Below, one piece after another: positions 7,518-15,134 of a stretch of 62,467 nt of DNA. The notes under the pieces are model-generated. The model did no database searches, was not told the origin of the DNA, and saw nothing but the letters and a program-made list of their open reading frames with translations. A program made the position numbers and the translations under genes. Within the stretch, counting starts at the first letter, position 1; the number at the start of each line of letters is the position of its first letter. The DNA comes from a virus (Duplodnaviria > Caudoviricetes), in the IMG/VR virus record IMGVR_UViG_3300005613_000065, positions 1-62,467 of that record; one strand, 5' to 3'.

Positions 7518-8153
7518 ATGAAAACACTCAGTCAATTTCTCGCAGAAGCAAATTACGATCCTGAGATTATGGGTCGTTCGCAAATTAAACAGACTGGTGA
7601 AGGTGGAAGAAAAGAGCCTAAAAGGTCTGCAGATCAAAGGCGCCGACCTGGTGTAAAACCAAGAGTGAAAGCAGTTGGTGGTGGTAAGACTGCACCTGTT
7701 GGTGAATACAAAGACAGAAAAGATATTGGAACAACAAAAGCGAGAAGTGAAAGAGAACAACAACCTGAACAAGAACGTGGAAGTGCAAGAGAAAGACAAT
7801 TAGCAGCAGCAAAAGAAGAAAGAAGAAAGGCAGCACAAGCAAGAGCAGCAGCAAGAAAGGCTGGTAGTCAAACACCAACTGAAAAACCAAAAGCAAAAGA
7901 TGCTGAAAAGAAAGCATCTGAACTTCTGAAGAAAAAAACAAAGAAAACTGTCAGTCCTGATTACAAACCAGCAGTTGCGTCGGGACTCACTCGTAAGGAG
8001 AGAATGTCCCGTCAACGTAAAGGTGAAAGTTATCTTAAAGATATTATGAAACAACAAGAAACTGAAAAATATCGTAAAGAAACTGGTCAAAATCCTGATG
8101 CAAAAGGTAAGACTAAGATTTTAGGCAGAGTTCATAAACGAATGAGTTCTTAA
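7518..8153 (+). CDS. basic putative internal head protein
   Basis: N-terminus MKTLSQFLAEA resembles the T4 internal-protein capsid targeting sequence; K/R-rich; CATAAATA late promoter at 7477-7484. Confidence 0.75.
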   Translation: MKTLSQFLAEANYDPEIMGRSQIKQTGEGGRKEPKRSADQRRRPGVKPRVKAVGGGKTAPVGEYKDRKDIGTTKARSEREQQPEQERGSARERQLAAAKEERRKAAQARAAARKAGSQTPTEKPKAKDAEKKASELLKKKTKKTVSPDYKPAVASGLTRKERMSRQRKGESYLKDIMKQQETEKYRKETGQNPDAKGKTKILGRVHKRMSS

Positions 8154-8184
8154 CAGACTCAAAAGTATTGGGAGATAAAGAATC

Positions 8185-8346
8185 ATGCAATACATGAGAT
8201 TATTTGACACAACGGCAGATGCACAGACTTATCTCATAAACACTTACGGGTATTCTGTATCAGAAGCACAAATTTATCTTACAAAACATACTGTTACAGC
8301 TATTCCTTCAATTGGCGATAAGATTTGGGTTATTCTTCCCAGTTAA
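8185..8346 (+). CDS. small hypothetical protein
   Basis: read by hand MQYMRLFDTTADAQTYLINTYG...; GGAG SD; stop overlaps repeat copy 1. Confidence 0.6.
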   Translation: MQYMRLFDTTADAQTYLINTYGYSVSEAQIYLTKHTVTAIPSIGDKIWVILPS

Positions 8347-8367
8347 AGTTAGTTACCTCTTAGGGTT
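8346..8367 (+). repeat. 33-bp element copy 1 (degenerate, lacks -10 part)
   Basis: AAGTTAGTTACCTCTTAGGGTT. Confidence 0.7.
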
Positions 8368-8379
8368 GGGCGGTCATGC

Positions 8380-8447
8380 TGCGGGGGCGTAACTTGACGT
8401 AAGACCCATTTTATGGTATAAATATAATTACCCCCGCAAATAGAAGA
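8380..8447 (+). promoter_or_regulatory. promoters and leader-complementary segment before HEG-like ORF
   Basis: TGCGGGGG 8380-8387 complementary to CCCCCGCA in the leader (~8431-8438); TTGACG 8394-8399, 17 nt, TATAAATA 8417-8424. Confidence 0.55.
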
Positions 8448-8903
8448 ATGGACTGGAACTGTGAAGGTCTCAATCGTGCCTTTGAGTGTGATGGACCGTC
8501 AGTAATTACACTGACAGAAGAAGAACTTAAACCTGTGTATGATGCTCGTGTGTCATACGTCAGAGGATCTGTGTGGATTAACAACGGATCAGAACATCAT
8601 ATGGTATTTGAAGATGAAATACCTGATGGTTGGGTGCTAGGACGTATCAACGTTCAGACTGATAAAGAACAATTCAGACAACAGGGACTTAATAATAATA
8701 GTAACGCAAAGAAATATAGAATTAAGTTTAGAAACGGTGATGTGGTAGAATGTCACCAGTTATCTAAATGGGGACGTGAAAATGGTATCAAATACACAGC
8801 ACTGAAGAGTGTGGTACACAGAACCAAACATAAGAAGAATATACACTACTACAAAAAATCTTCTCCTACTTCACACATAGAAAGCATATATCTCATTAAT
8901 TAA
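8448..8903 (+). CDS. homing-endonuclease-like DNA-binding protein with no recognisable nuclease domain
   Basis: WINNG...PDGWVLGR and NAKKY.I.F.NG...L.KW.RENG segments resemble HEG C-terminal modules (compare 11747..12397 C-terminus). Confidence 0.65.
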   Translation: MDWNCEGLNRAFECDGPSVITLTEEELKPVYDARVSYVRGSVWINNGSEHHMVFEDEIPDGWVLGRINVQTDKEQFRQQGLNNNSNAKKYRIKFRNGDVVECHQLSKWGRENGIKYTALKSVVHRTKHKKNIHYYKKSSPTSHIESIYLIN

Positions 8904-8935
8904 AGTTAGTTACCTTGAAATGTCCCCTACAGTAC
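8903..8935 (+). repeat. 33-bp element copy 2
   Basis: AAGTTAGTTACCTTGAAATGTCCCCTACAGTAC. Confidence 0.85.
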
Positions 8936-8954
8936 GAGACACCCTTACGATATT

Positions 8955-9836
8955 ATGACCATGACTCACATCTCCCATCCTGAAGATCTTGTCCTGACTG
9001 GTGATCTGTCGGTTCTTGATCTTCTTTATGATACTGCACATATCTCCATGAAGATGGATGGTATGAGCCTTGTGTGGGGCACTAATCCTGCCAATGGTAA
9101 GTTCTTTGTGTGCACCAAAGCAGCATTTAATAAGAAAAAGATTCGTCTTTGTTATTCTGATGAAGATGTAAAGACTCATTTTGGTCATCAACCAGAAGTC
9201 GAAGAGATTATGAAGTCTTGTCTTCGTTATCTTCCTCGTACTGAGAACATTTATTGGGGAGATTGGCTTGGTTTTGGTGGAACTGACACGTTCAATCAAA
9301 ACACTTTGGTCTATTCTTTTCCTGAGATTATTTCTCAGAATCTTGTTATTGCACCTCATACTCAAGTGTATGTGCATGACCAAATGCATAATGCAGTTTG
9401 TGAACCGTTGATGGAAACTTTTGTTGACACTGATGATGTCAAGTGGGTCCAGCCTTCGGTGGATCGTGTTCATCAGTCCACAAATATTCCAAAAGTGAAC
9501 ACTGATGCAATTAAGTTTCTTTCTCATAAAGAAGCAGAAGTTGCTAAGGTTTCGATCAATAAACTCATTAAAGAAGGTCAAAAAGTTGATGATGCATCTT
9601 TGATTGAGATTCTGGGTTGTCCACAACTTGTAAATCTGTATCAATTTGTAACAGAAATCAAGCTTGATTTGATGGATAGTCTTATTATTACTGATTCTCC
9701 TTCTTGTTTTCTTCCGAATGGATGGGAAACAACTGGAGAAGGTTATGTCTTTCATTCTGAAAATTATGGAAGTGTGAAACTTGTTCGTCGTGAAGAGTTT
9801 GCATACGCCAACTTCAATTTCGGTTATTCGAGTTAG
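8955..9836 (+). CDS. ligase-like nucleotidyltransferase (RNA ligase-like, DUF6267-like)
   Basis: KMDG (motif I KxDG), WGDW, GEGYVF (motif IV), VKLV.R (motif V); N-terminal HISHPED. Confidence 0.7.
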   Translation: MTMTHISHPEDLVLTGDLSVLDLLYDTAHISMKMDGMSLVWGTNPANGKFFVCTKAAFNKKKIRLCYSDEDVKTHFGHQPEVEEIMKSCLRYLPRTENIYWGDWLGFGGTDTFNQNTLVYSFPEIISQNLVIAPHTQVYVHDQMHNAVCEPLMETFVDTDDVKWVQPSVDRVHQSTNIPKVNTDAIKFLSHKEAEVAKVSINKLIKEGQKVDDASLIEILGCPQLVNLYQFVTEIKLDLMDSLIITDSPSCFLPNGWETTGEGYVFHSENYGSVKLVRREEFAYANFNFGYSS

Positions 9837-9862
9837 TTACCTGCAAAGGTCTTTATCACTGT
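9830..9862 (+). repeat. 33-bp element copy 3
   Basis: GAGTTAGTTACCTGCAAAGGTCTTTATCACTGT; supplies the TAG stop of the upstream gene. Confidence 0.95.
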
Positions 9863-9875
9863 AATTACTTGATTC

Positions 9876-11054
9876 ATGATTACTCTTCGTCCTCATCAAC
9901 AACAAGCAGTCAAAGCTCTTCAGAATCATTCTATCGGTCAGTGCATCTTTCCGACTGGTGCTGGTAAGACTTTGGTTGCAATCATGGATGCTGTGTCTCG
10001 TTTTGAGTCTGACATTTCGCGGACCATTGTTGTTGTTTGTCCACGCATTCTTCTGGTCGAACAACTTTCTTCTGAGTATCTTGAGCACATCACTAATGCG
10101 CATGTGATGCATGTGCATAGTGGTGAGACCAGACATTTCAAGACCACTAAACCCGAACAAATTAAGCTTCATCATCAAGTTTGCAAAAATGCAAACGAGC
10201 ATGAGATTATCTTTACTACCTATCATTCTCTTCATCGTATTCAGGAAGCTGAGATTGATGTAGATACCATTTACTTTGATGAGGCGCATAATTCTTGTCA
10301 GAATCACTTCTATCCTGCGACTGAATATTTCAGTCAGAATGCCAATCGCAAATACTTTTTTACCGCAACTCGTAAGACCAGTGTGACACCGAAGAAACCA
10401 GGCATGAACTGGACTGAGACCTATGGTCAGGTGATTGCACGAGTGTCTGCACCTGATCTAGTTGAGAATGGATACATTCTTCCGCCTAAAGTCAAGGTGA
10501 TTGAGATGGATAAGGTGGACAAAAAGTCTCTGACTCCTCATCTTGAGAGCAATAATGTTCTTGCTTCGATTGATGAAATTGGAATCAAAAAGATTCTAGT
10601 TTGTGTCAAGACTTCGCGACAGTTGCAGAATCTGTTCATGACAGACTTTGCATATCAATTAACAGAACGTGGTTACTCTTATCTTTACATTACGGCTAAG
10701 ACTGGCGCAATTATTGATGGTCGCAAAGTGTCCCGTGAAGAGTTCTTCAACATTCTAAATGTATGGGGTAAAGACAAATCTAAAAAGTTTGTTGTACTGC
10801 ATCGGTCGATTCTCAGCGAAGGAATTAACTGTAGTGAACTTGAGGCTGTTGTGTTTCTTCGTAATATGGACGCAATTGAGCTTCTTCAAACTGTGGGTCG
10901 TGTGATTCGTGTCGGTTCAGAGAATAAAACCTATGGTTTGTTGTGTGTGCCAGTGTATTCTAATGTTGGAGTTTCGACTCAACGTTCTCTGCAGAAGTGT
11001 GTAGATATTGTGTTTGAGAAAGGTGAAATGCTTGATTCTGTTGTTCGGAGGTGA
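9876..11054 (+). CDS. SF2 DEAH helicase (ResIII/UvsW-like)
   Basis: LRPHQ, PTGAGKT Walker A, DEAH, TAT, ILSEGIN, QTVGRVIR motifs. Confidence 0.9.
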   Translation: MITLRPHQQQAVKALQNHSIGQCIFPTGAGKTLVAIMDAVSRFESDISRTIVVVCPRILLVEQLSSEYLEHITNAHVMHVHSGETRHFKTTKPEQIKLHHQVCKNANEHEIIFTTYHSLHRIQEAEIDVDTIYFDEAHNSCQNHFYPATEYFSQNANRKYFFTATRKTSVTPKKPGMNWTETYGQVIARVSAPDLVENGYILPPKVKVIEMDKVDKKSLTPHLESNNVLASIDEIGIKKILVCVKTSRQLQNLFMTDFAYQLTERGYSYLYITAKTGAIIDGRKVSREEFFNILNVWGKDKSKKFVVLHRSILSEGINCSELEAVVFLRNMDAIELLQTVGRVIRVGSENKTYGLLCVPVYSNVGVSTQRSLQKCVDIVFEKGEMLDSVVRR

Positions 11055-11057
11055 TTG

Positions 11058-11273
11058 ATGGGATTTGATTACACTAACTCTCACATTCTTAATTCACAAC
11101 CTGGCCCAATGGGATTTGTGATTGGAAATGGGGAATATGCTGCAATTCCAATGATGGGAAGTACCACTAAGCTCATGGTAATTCATAACGATCTTCAGCT
11201 TAAAGTATGTCGAAACCGCCAATCTGCCATGAGTTTTATAGATAAACATAGAAAATCAAATAAAAAAAGTTAG
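11058..11273 (+). CDS. hypothetical cyanophage protein
   Basis: ORF track; GGAGG SD; stop inside repeat. Confidence 0.75.
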   Translation: MGFDYTNSHILNSQPGPMGFVIGNGEYAAIPMMGSTTKLMVIHNDLQLKVCRNRQSAMSFIDKHRKSNKKS

Positions 11274-11299
11274 TAACCTGCAAAGGTCCTCTGTAGTGT
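11267..11299 (+). repeat. 33-bp element copy 4
   Basis: AAGTTAGTAACCTGCAAAGGTCCTCTGTAGTGT. Confidence 0.95.
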
Positions 11300-11312
11300 A
11301 ACTGTTGACTTG

Positions 11313-11483
11313 ATGATGACTTCCTTGCATATTGAACTTTACAATGATGGTGTTTGGCAATGCCCAAATACTGGGATGATGATTCCTCTGGGATCTGCAC
11401 CTTACAATGAAGAGGAAATTGCAGAGATGGAAAGGTTCAACATCGATGCACATCTTGATGACGCAATGGACTGGGACTTCTAG
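11313..11483 (+). CDS. small acidic hypothetical protein
   Basis: read by hand MMTSLHIELYNDGVWQCPNTGMMIPLGSAPYNEEEIAEMERFNIDAHLDDAMDWDF. Confidence 0.7.
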   Translation: MMTSLHIELYNDGVWQCPNTGMMIPLGSAPYNEEEIAEMERFNIDAHLDDAMDWDF

Positions 11484-11485
11484 AA

Positions 11486-11617
11486 ATGTCAAACACTCCA
11501 AACTGGCAACATCACAGCCAAAAACAAAAGAAAACGAAAGGAACTTGTAAGGGTATTCTAAGGGGGCGTAAGCAGTCTCTGAAGGCCCTGAAACTCAAGC
11601 TAAGTAGTAAGAGTTAG
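11486..11617 (+). CDS. small basic hypothetical protein
   Basis: read by hand MSNTPNWQHHSQKQKKTKGTCKGILRGRKQSLKALKLKLSSKS; stop inside repeat. Confidence 0.65.
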   Translation: MSNTPNWQHHSQKQKKTKGTCKGILRGRKQSLKALKLKLSSKS

Positions 11618-11643
11618 TTACCTGCAAAGGTCTTCATTACTGT
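11611..11643 (+). repeat. 33-bp element copy 5 (within 55-bp direct repeat 11589-11643)
   Basis: GAGTTAGTTACCTGCAAAGGTCTTCATTACTGT. Confidence 0.95.
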
Positions 11644-11651
11644 AACCAACT

Positions 11652-11746
11652 GATAAATAATAATGCTTAATCGTGGTTGTTTAAGCAAATGAAGGGGTCT
11701 TAATGATCCCTTTTTTAATAAATAATAATAACCACGATTAAAGCAG
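11652..11746 (+). promoter_or_regulatory. HEG control module copy 3 (different sequence, same architecture)
   Basis: GATAAATA 11652-11659; hairpin TGCTTAA/TTAAGCA 11664-11687; terminator GGGGTC/GATCCC+T6 11694-11716; AATAAATA 11717-11724; leader ATAACCACGATTAA 11728-11741 complementary to 11667-11680. Confidence 0.75.
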
Positions 11747-12397
11747 ATGGAATACTACACTTACGCATATTTGCGCGAAGATGGATCACCCTACTACATT
11801 GGTAAGGGTAAAGGAAATAGAGCATATAATCAGCATAAAAGAAAAGGAATAGGTTTTTTGCCAGTTCCACCAAAAGATAGAATAATCAAACTCAAGCAGA
11901 ATCTCACCGAAAAAGAAGCATTTAGACATGAAATCTATATGATTGCTGTTTTTGGTAGAAAAGATTTGGGAACAGGTATTTTAATAAATCTTACTGATGG
12001 TGGAGAAGGATCATCTGGTGCTATTCCTTGGAATATAGGTAAGAAACACTCTCAAGAAATAGTTGAGAAGATAAGAAAAAAAGCAACAGGAAGAATACTG
12101 GATGAGAATACCAAACAAAAAATGAGTAAATCTCATAAAGGCATAAAACATACAGAAGAAACAAAGAAACTAATATCACAAAAACAACTAGGGGAAAATA
12201 ATCATAATTTTCAATATGTTTGGATATTTACCTTTGAAAGTGGTGAAGTTGTCAAAACATCAAGTATGCCAAGTTGGTGTAAAAATAATGGATATGATAA
12301 AGCAGCATTGATGAGAGTGTGTAAAGGTCAAGTTGGAAGACACAAAGACATTGTGACAGTTGAGAAAGTGTCACACAACCCCTTCCAACGGGCATAA
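11747..12397 (+). CDS. GIY-YIG homing endonuclease with NUMOD3 repeats
   Basis: YTYAY...YYIGKG...[12 protein letters not shown]; [21 protein letters not shown]3-type repeats. Confidence 0.85.
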   Translation: MEYYTYAYLREDGSPYYIGKGKGNRAYNQHKRKGIGFLPVPPKDRIIKLKQNLTEKEAFRHEIYMIAVFGRKDLGTGILINLTDGGEGSSGAIPWNIGKKHSQEIVEKIRKKATGRILDENTKQKMSKSHKGIKHTEETKKLISQKQLGENNHNFQYVWIFTFESGEVVKTSSMPSWCKNNGYDKAALMRVCKGQVGRHKDIVTVEKVSHNPFQRA

Positions 12398-12410
12398 AAG
12401 ACCCTATAAT
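12352..12410 (+). promoter_or_regulatory. promoter with perfect palindrome TGTGACA-N10-TGTCACA
   Basis: palindrome 12352-12375; TATAAT 12405-12410; weak -35. Confidence 0.65.
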
Positions 12411-12437
12411 ACAAAGGTAATCAACGAAACGCCTCAA

Positions 12438-12845
12438 ATGAGCACCAGAAGTCGCGTAGGTCTTGAACTTGCTGACGGAAGTATCCTCTCAATCTACTCA
12501 CATTATGATGGGTATCCTGAGTGGGCGGGTCGTATTCTTCGCACCCACTATAATACCCGTGAGAAAGTTGAGGCACTTGTGGATGGTGGAGATGTAAGTT
12601 GTCTTTGGACCGATGAAGGATTTTATACTTCTGAAGGTTCAACTCAACGGGATTGTTACGGACCTCTTCATTACAACGAAAGAGGTGAAAATTGCCCTCC
12701 TCGTCTTGATGCTAACTTGATTGAGTATGTTGGTGATGGTGAAGAATATGCCTATCTTTATACTTTGAAAGGTGAATGGGTATGCTATGAACTTCACGAA
12801 ACTCCTAAAATTGTTGAAATTCCCTCTGGAGCACTCATGGCATGA
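12438..12845 (+). CDS. conserved hypothetical phage protein
   Basis: ORF track 12360..12845; start MSTRSRVG; YSHYDGYP and EYAYLY motifs. Confidence 0.8.
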   Translation: MSTRSRVGLELADGSILSIYSHYDGYPEWAGRILRTHYNTREKVEALVDGGDVSCLWTDEGFYTSEGSTQRDCYGPLHYNERGENCPPRLDANLIEYVGDGEEYAYLYTLKGEWVCYELHETPKIVEIPSGALMA

Positions 12846-12864
12846 AACTTAAGCTAAGTAGTAA

Positions 12865-12897
12865 GAGTTAGTTACCTGCAAAGGTCTTCATTACTGT
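12865..12897 (+). repeat. 33-bp element copy 6 (within 55-bp direct repeat 12843-12897)
   Basis: identical to copy 5. Confidence 0.95.
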
Positions 12898-12914
12898 GAC
12901 CCACTAATTTAATT

Positions 12915-13475
12915 ATGAAAAATCGCTCACAAATTGGCATAAAACTTAAGTCTCTTCTCATTGCAGGTATTCTCGCAATACCTGCATTTTTTTCAAATCA
13001 AGTCAAGGCAGATGAACAACATCGTTATCTTGCAAGAACTATTCGATCTGTTGGAGTTTCTGTAACTATCAACACACGAGTTCATTGTTCTCCAGGAGAA
13101 TCTGGGAGTTATTATCCTGCAGGATTTATGGTCATCTGTCAGGACAATCGCAGGCAAGATGGAGTCGAAGTCGAATGGACTGCTAATGATCTTGATACTC
13201 TGCGCCATGAAGCACATCATATGATTCAGGATTGTGCTGCTGGTGGTATTGGTGATCGTAAAATGTCTCTGATGTTTAACACTCAAGAAGAGCTTGTTAG
13301 ATTTTTATCAAATTCTGGCTACACACAACAAGAACTACAACAAATTTCTAGTCATTATCAAAAACAAGGTGTGACTGGCTATGATTTGTTGATGGAATTG
13401 GAAGCATTTGCAGTTGCTAGATCCATTCCTGCTGATATTATTGCAAACAAAATTAAGGAGTATTGTATCGAATGA
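12915..13475 (+). CDS. putative zinc metallopeptidase-like protein with signal peptide
   Basis: HEAHH (HExxH), downstream ELEAF, hydrophobic N-terminus ending VKA. Confidence 0.7.
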   Translation: MKNRSQIGIKLKSLLIAGILAIPAFFSNQVKADEQHRYLARTIRSVGVSVTINTRVHCSPGESGSYYPAGFMVICQDNRRQDGVEVEWTANDLDTLRHEAHHMIQDCAAGGIGDRKMSLMFNTQEELVRFLSNSGYTQQELQQISSHYQKQGVTGYDLLMELEAFAVARSIPADIIANKIKEYCIE

Positions 13476-13651
13476 ATCTTGACAAATTGACTCACGTTCA
13501 AAAAGAATTACTTGCAGAAGATTGTGAAGATTTTCTTTTGCATCGTAACATTCCTCTTCGTTCGCATTCGTATGATAATATCATCGAACAAGCATTGAAA
13601 GAGGGTTATCAACTCTCCAAGTTTGATCGTTTCGTAAATCTTCCAAAATGA
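13472..13651 (+). CDS. hypothetical protein
   Basis: ORF track; ATGA overlap. Confidence 0.7.
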   Translation: MNLDKLTHVQKELLAEDCEDFLLHRNIPLRSHSYDNIIEQALKEGYQLSKFDRFVNLPK

Positions 13652-13797
13652 AAGTGCTTTTTGTAATTCTAAGTTTGACATTCATCTTTGGATGGAATGC
13701 TGTTCTTGTCCGAAGAGATGCAAAGATGTTTGATGCTTACAATCAAGAATGTGCAGAACTTCCACAATCACATCCTAATTGCCGATTCGCAAAATAA
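13648..13797 (+). CDS. small membrane or secreted protein
   Basis: read by hand MKVLFVILSLTFIFGWNAVLVRRDAKMFDAYNQECAELPQSHPNCRFAK. Confidence 0.65.
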   Translation: MKVLFVILSLTFIFGWNAVLVRRDAKMFDAYNQECAELPQSHPNCRFAK

Positions 13798-13800
13798 TTT

Positions 13801-13833
13801 AAGTTAGTAACCTTCAAAAGTCCACATTATTGT
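13801..13833 (+). repeat. 33-bp element copy 7
   Basis: AAGTTAGTAACCTTCAAAAGTCCACATTATTGT. Confidence 0.85.
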
Positions 13834-13849
13834 AACTCACTAATTTATC

Positions 13850-14134
13850 ATGAAGTATTTTGAACAAGACAATTTCTTCTTGATTGAAGATATTGAAACC
13901 AATCTGAATCTCCAACGTGGTAATATTCCTTGGAGCAAAATTGCAGAATCTTCTAAGAATGGAAAGGCTTGGTTTTACAGTCTGAATCTCACTAAATCTA
14001 CCGATCCTAACTATCGACCTAAAACTCCAGCTACTTGGGTAAAAAAAGGATACGTATTTACATCTCGCAAAAGTCCAAACCTGAACACTGGTGAGCCAGG
14101 ATACTACATTTGGTGCACGAAATCACCAGAGTAA
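13850..14134 (+). CDS. hypothetical protein
   Basis: ORF track. Confidence 0.75.
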   Translation: MKYFEQDNFFLIEDIETNLNLQRGNIPWSKIAESSKNGKAWFYSLNLTKSTDPNYRPKTPATWVKKGYVFTSRKSPNLNTGEPGYYIWCTKSPE

Positions 14135-14174
14135 ATTATTACTCTATTTTGCTATTTTTATTTTATTCTAACCC

Positions 14175-14384
14175 ATGAACAATTCTTCTCAGATTCTCCG
14201 TGAAATGCAAAGTCTTCAAAAAACCTGGAGGCAGCAGAACTTTATGTTGACGAAAGAACAATCTGCAAGGTATCAAGAACTGTCTCTACTTCGCCAAGCA
14301 TTTATTTCATATTGGAAAGAGCAGGGTTTGGTATGGACTGGCCCATCTAATGTAGGTAAAGCCAAAACTGAATCTGCAGCTTGA
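14175..14384 (+). CDS. hypothetical cyanophage protein
   Basis: ORF track. Confidence 0.75.
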   Translation: MNNSSQILREMQSLQKTWRQQNFMLTKEQSARYQELSLLRQAFISYWKEQGLVWTGPSNVGKAKTESAA

Positions 14385-14403
14385 TTTTTGTTGTTTATTG
14401 AAT

Positions 14404-14730
14404 ATGATGATGCAATTTGATTCAAATCGTTCCGAAGTCTTTGAAACGGAAGGTACAGTATTTGAGTACAATCATGAACGTACAGAATACATCGCAGATG
14501 ACATTCTAGAACAATATGAAGCTCAAATGCGTAAGATGGTTGATGAGTTTAACTCGTCAAGTCGAGCAAAGAAACTATCACTTGCAGATGACATCTTTTC
14601 TCTTCATTCAGAATGGAATGTAAAAGATAATGATGAAACATTGTATCTGGTCTTTAATCATGATGATGAATGTTTCACTGATGTCAGAACTGATAATAAA
14701 CATTATGCAAATCCTTTCAAAAAAAGTTAG
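14404..14730 (+). CDS. hypothetical protein
   Basis: ORF track 14398..14730; stop inside repeat. Confidence 0.75.
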   Translation: MMMQFDSNRSEVFETEGTVFEYNHERTEYIADDILEQYEAQMRKMVDEFNSSSRAKKLSLADDIFSLHSEWNVKDNDETLYLVFNHDDECFTDVRTDNKHYANPFKKS

Positions 14731-14756
14731 TTACCTGCAAAGGTCATCTGTAGTGT
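14724..14756 (+). repeat. 33-bp element copy 8
   Basis: AAGTTAGTTACCTGCAAAGGTCATCTGTAGTGT. Confidence 0.95.
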
Positions 14757-14781
14757 GAGAAACGCAATTCACTGAAACTTG

Positions 14782-14943
14782 ATGAAGTATGACATCCGCA
14801 TCGAATACAAAGACGGAACTGTTGAAAAGTTTCAACGCAAAAGTAACATCAAGCCAATCAACTGTGTCAAACTGAACGACAAAATTGCAGAGGAAATCTT
14901 TCCCCGCGATTGGAGAGAAATTAGCTCAATTCCTGTTTATTGA
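14782..14943 (+). CDS. small hypothetical protein
   Basis: read by hand MKYDIRIEYKDGTVEKFQRKSNIKPINCVKLNDKIAEEIFPRDWREISSIPVY. Confidence 0.7.
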   Translation: MKYDIRIEYKDGTVEKFQRKSNIKPINCVKLNDKIAEEIFPRDWREISSIPVY

Positions 14944-14945
14944 TT

Positions 14946-15134
14946 ATGACTAACGGCTACACTCTCAACCGAGTTGAGTTCACTCAAGATGAAGAAACTT
15001 GCATTCTTAAGTTTCTTCGTGAAGCACAAGAATGTGGTTATCCTTCAGGCAATGAGCCTTGGTATCCAATTATTAACTCTATCATGCGAAAGTATTATGA
15101 TAGTGATGTCAAAGAAGCACAGGTGATTTGGTAA
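14946..15134 (+). CDS. hypothetical protein
   Basis: ORF track 14940..15134. Confidence 0.75.
   Translation: MTNGYTLNRVEFTQDEETCILKFLREAQECGYPSGNEPWYPIINSIMRKYYDSDVKEAQVIW

Noticed and set aside
8910-10307. Long minus-strand ORFs (8910..9755, 9837..10307, and similarly 17343..17840, 19808..20233, 59554..60147)
   Set aside because: Antisense shadows of well-supported + strand genes, with no motifs; several end at stop codons supplied by the repeat's reverse complement.
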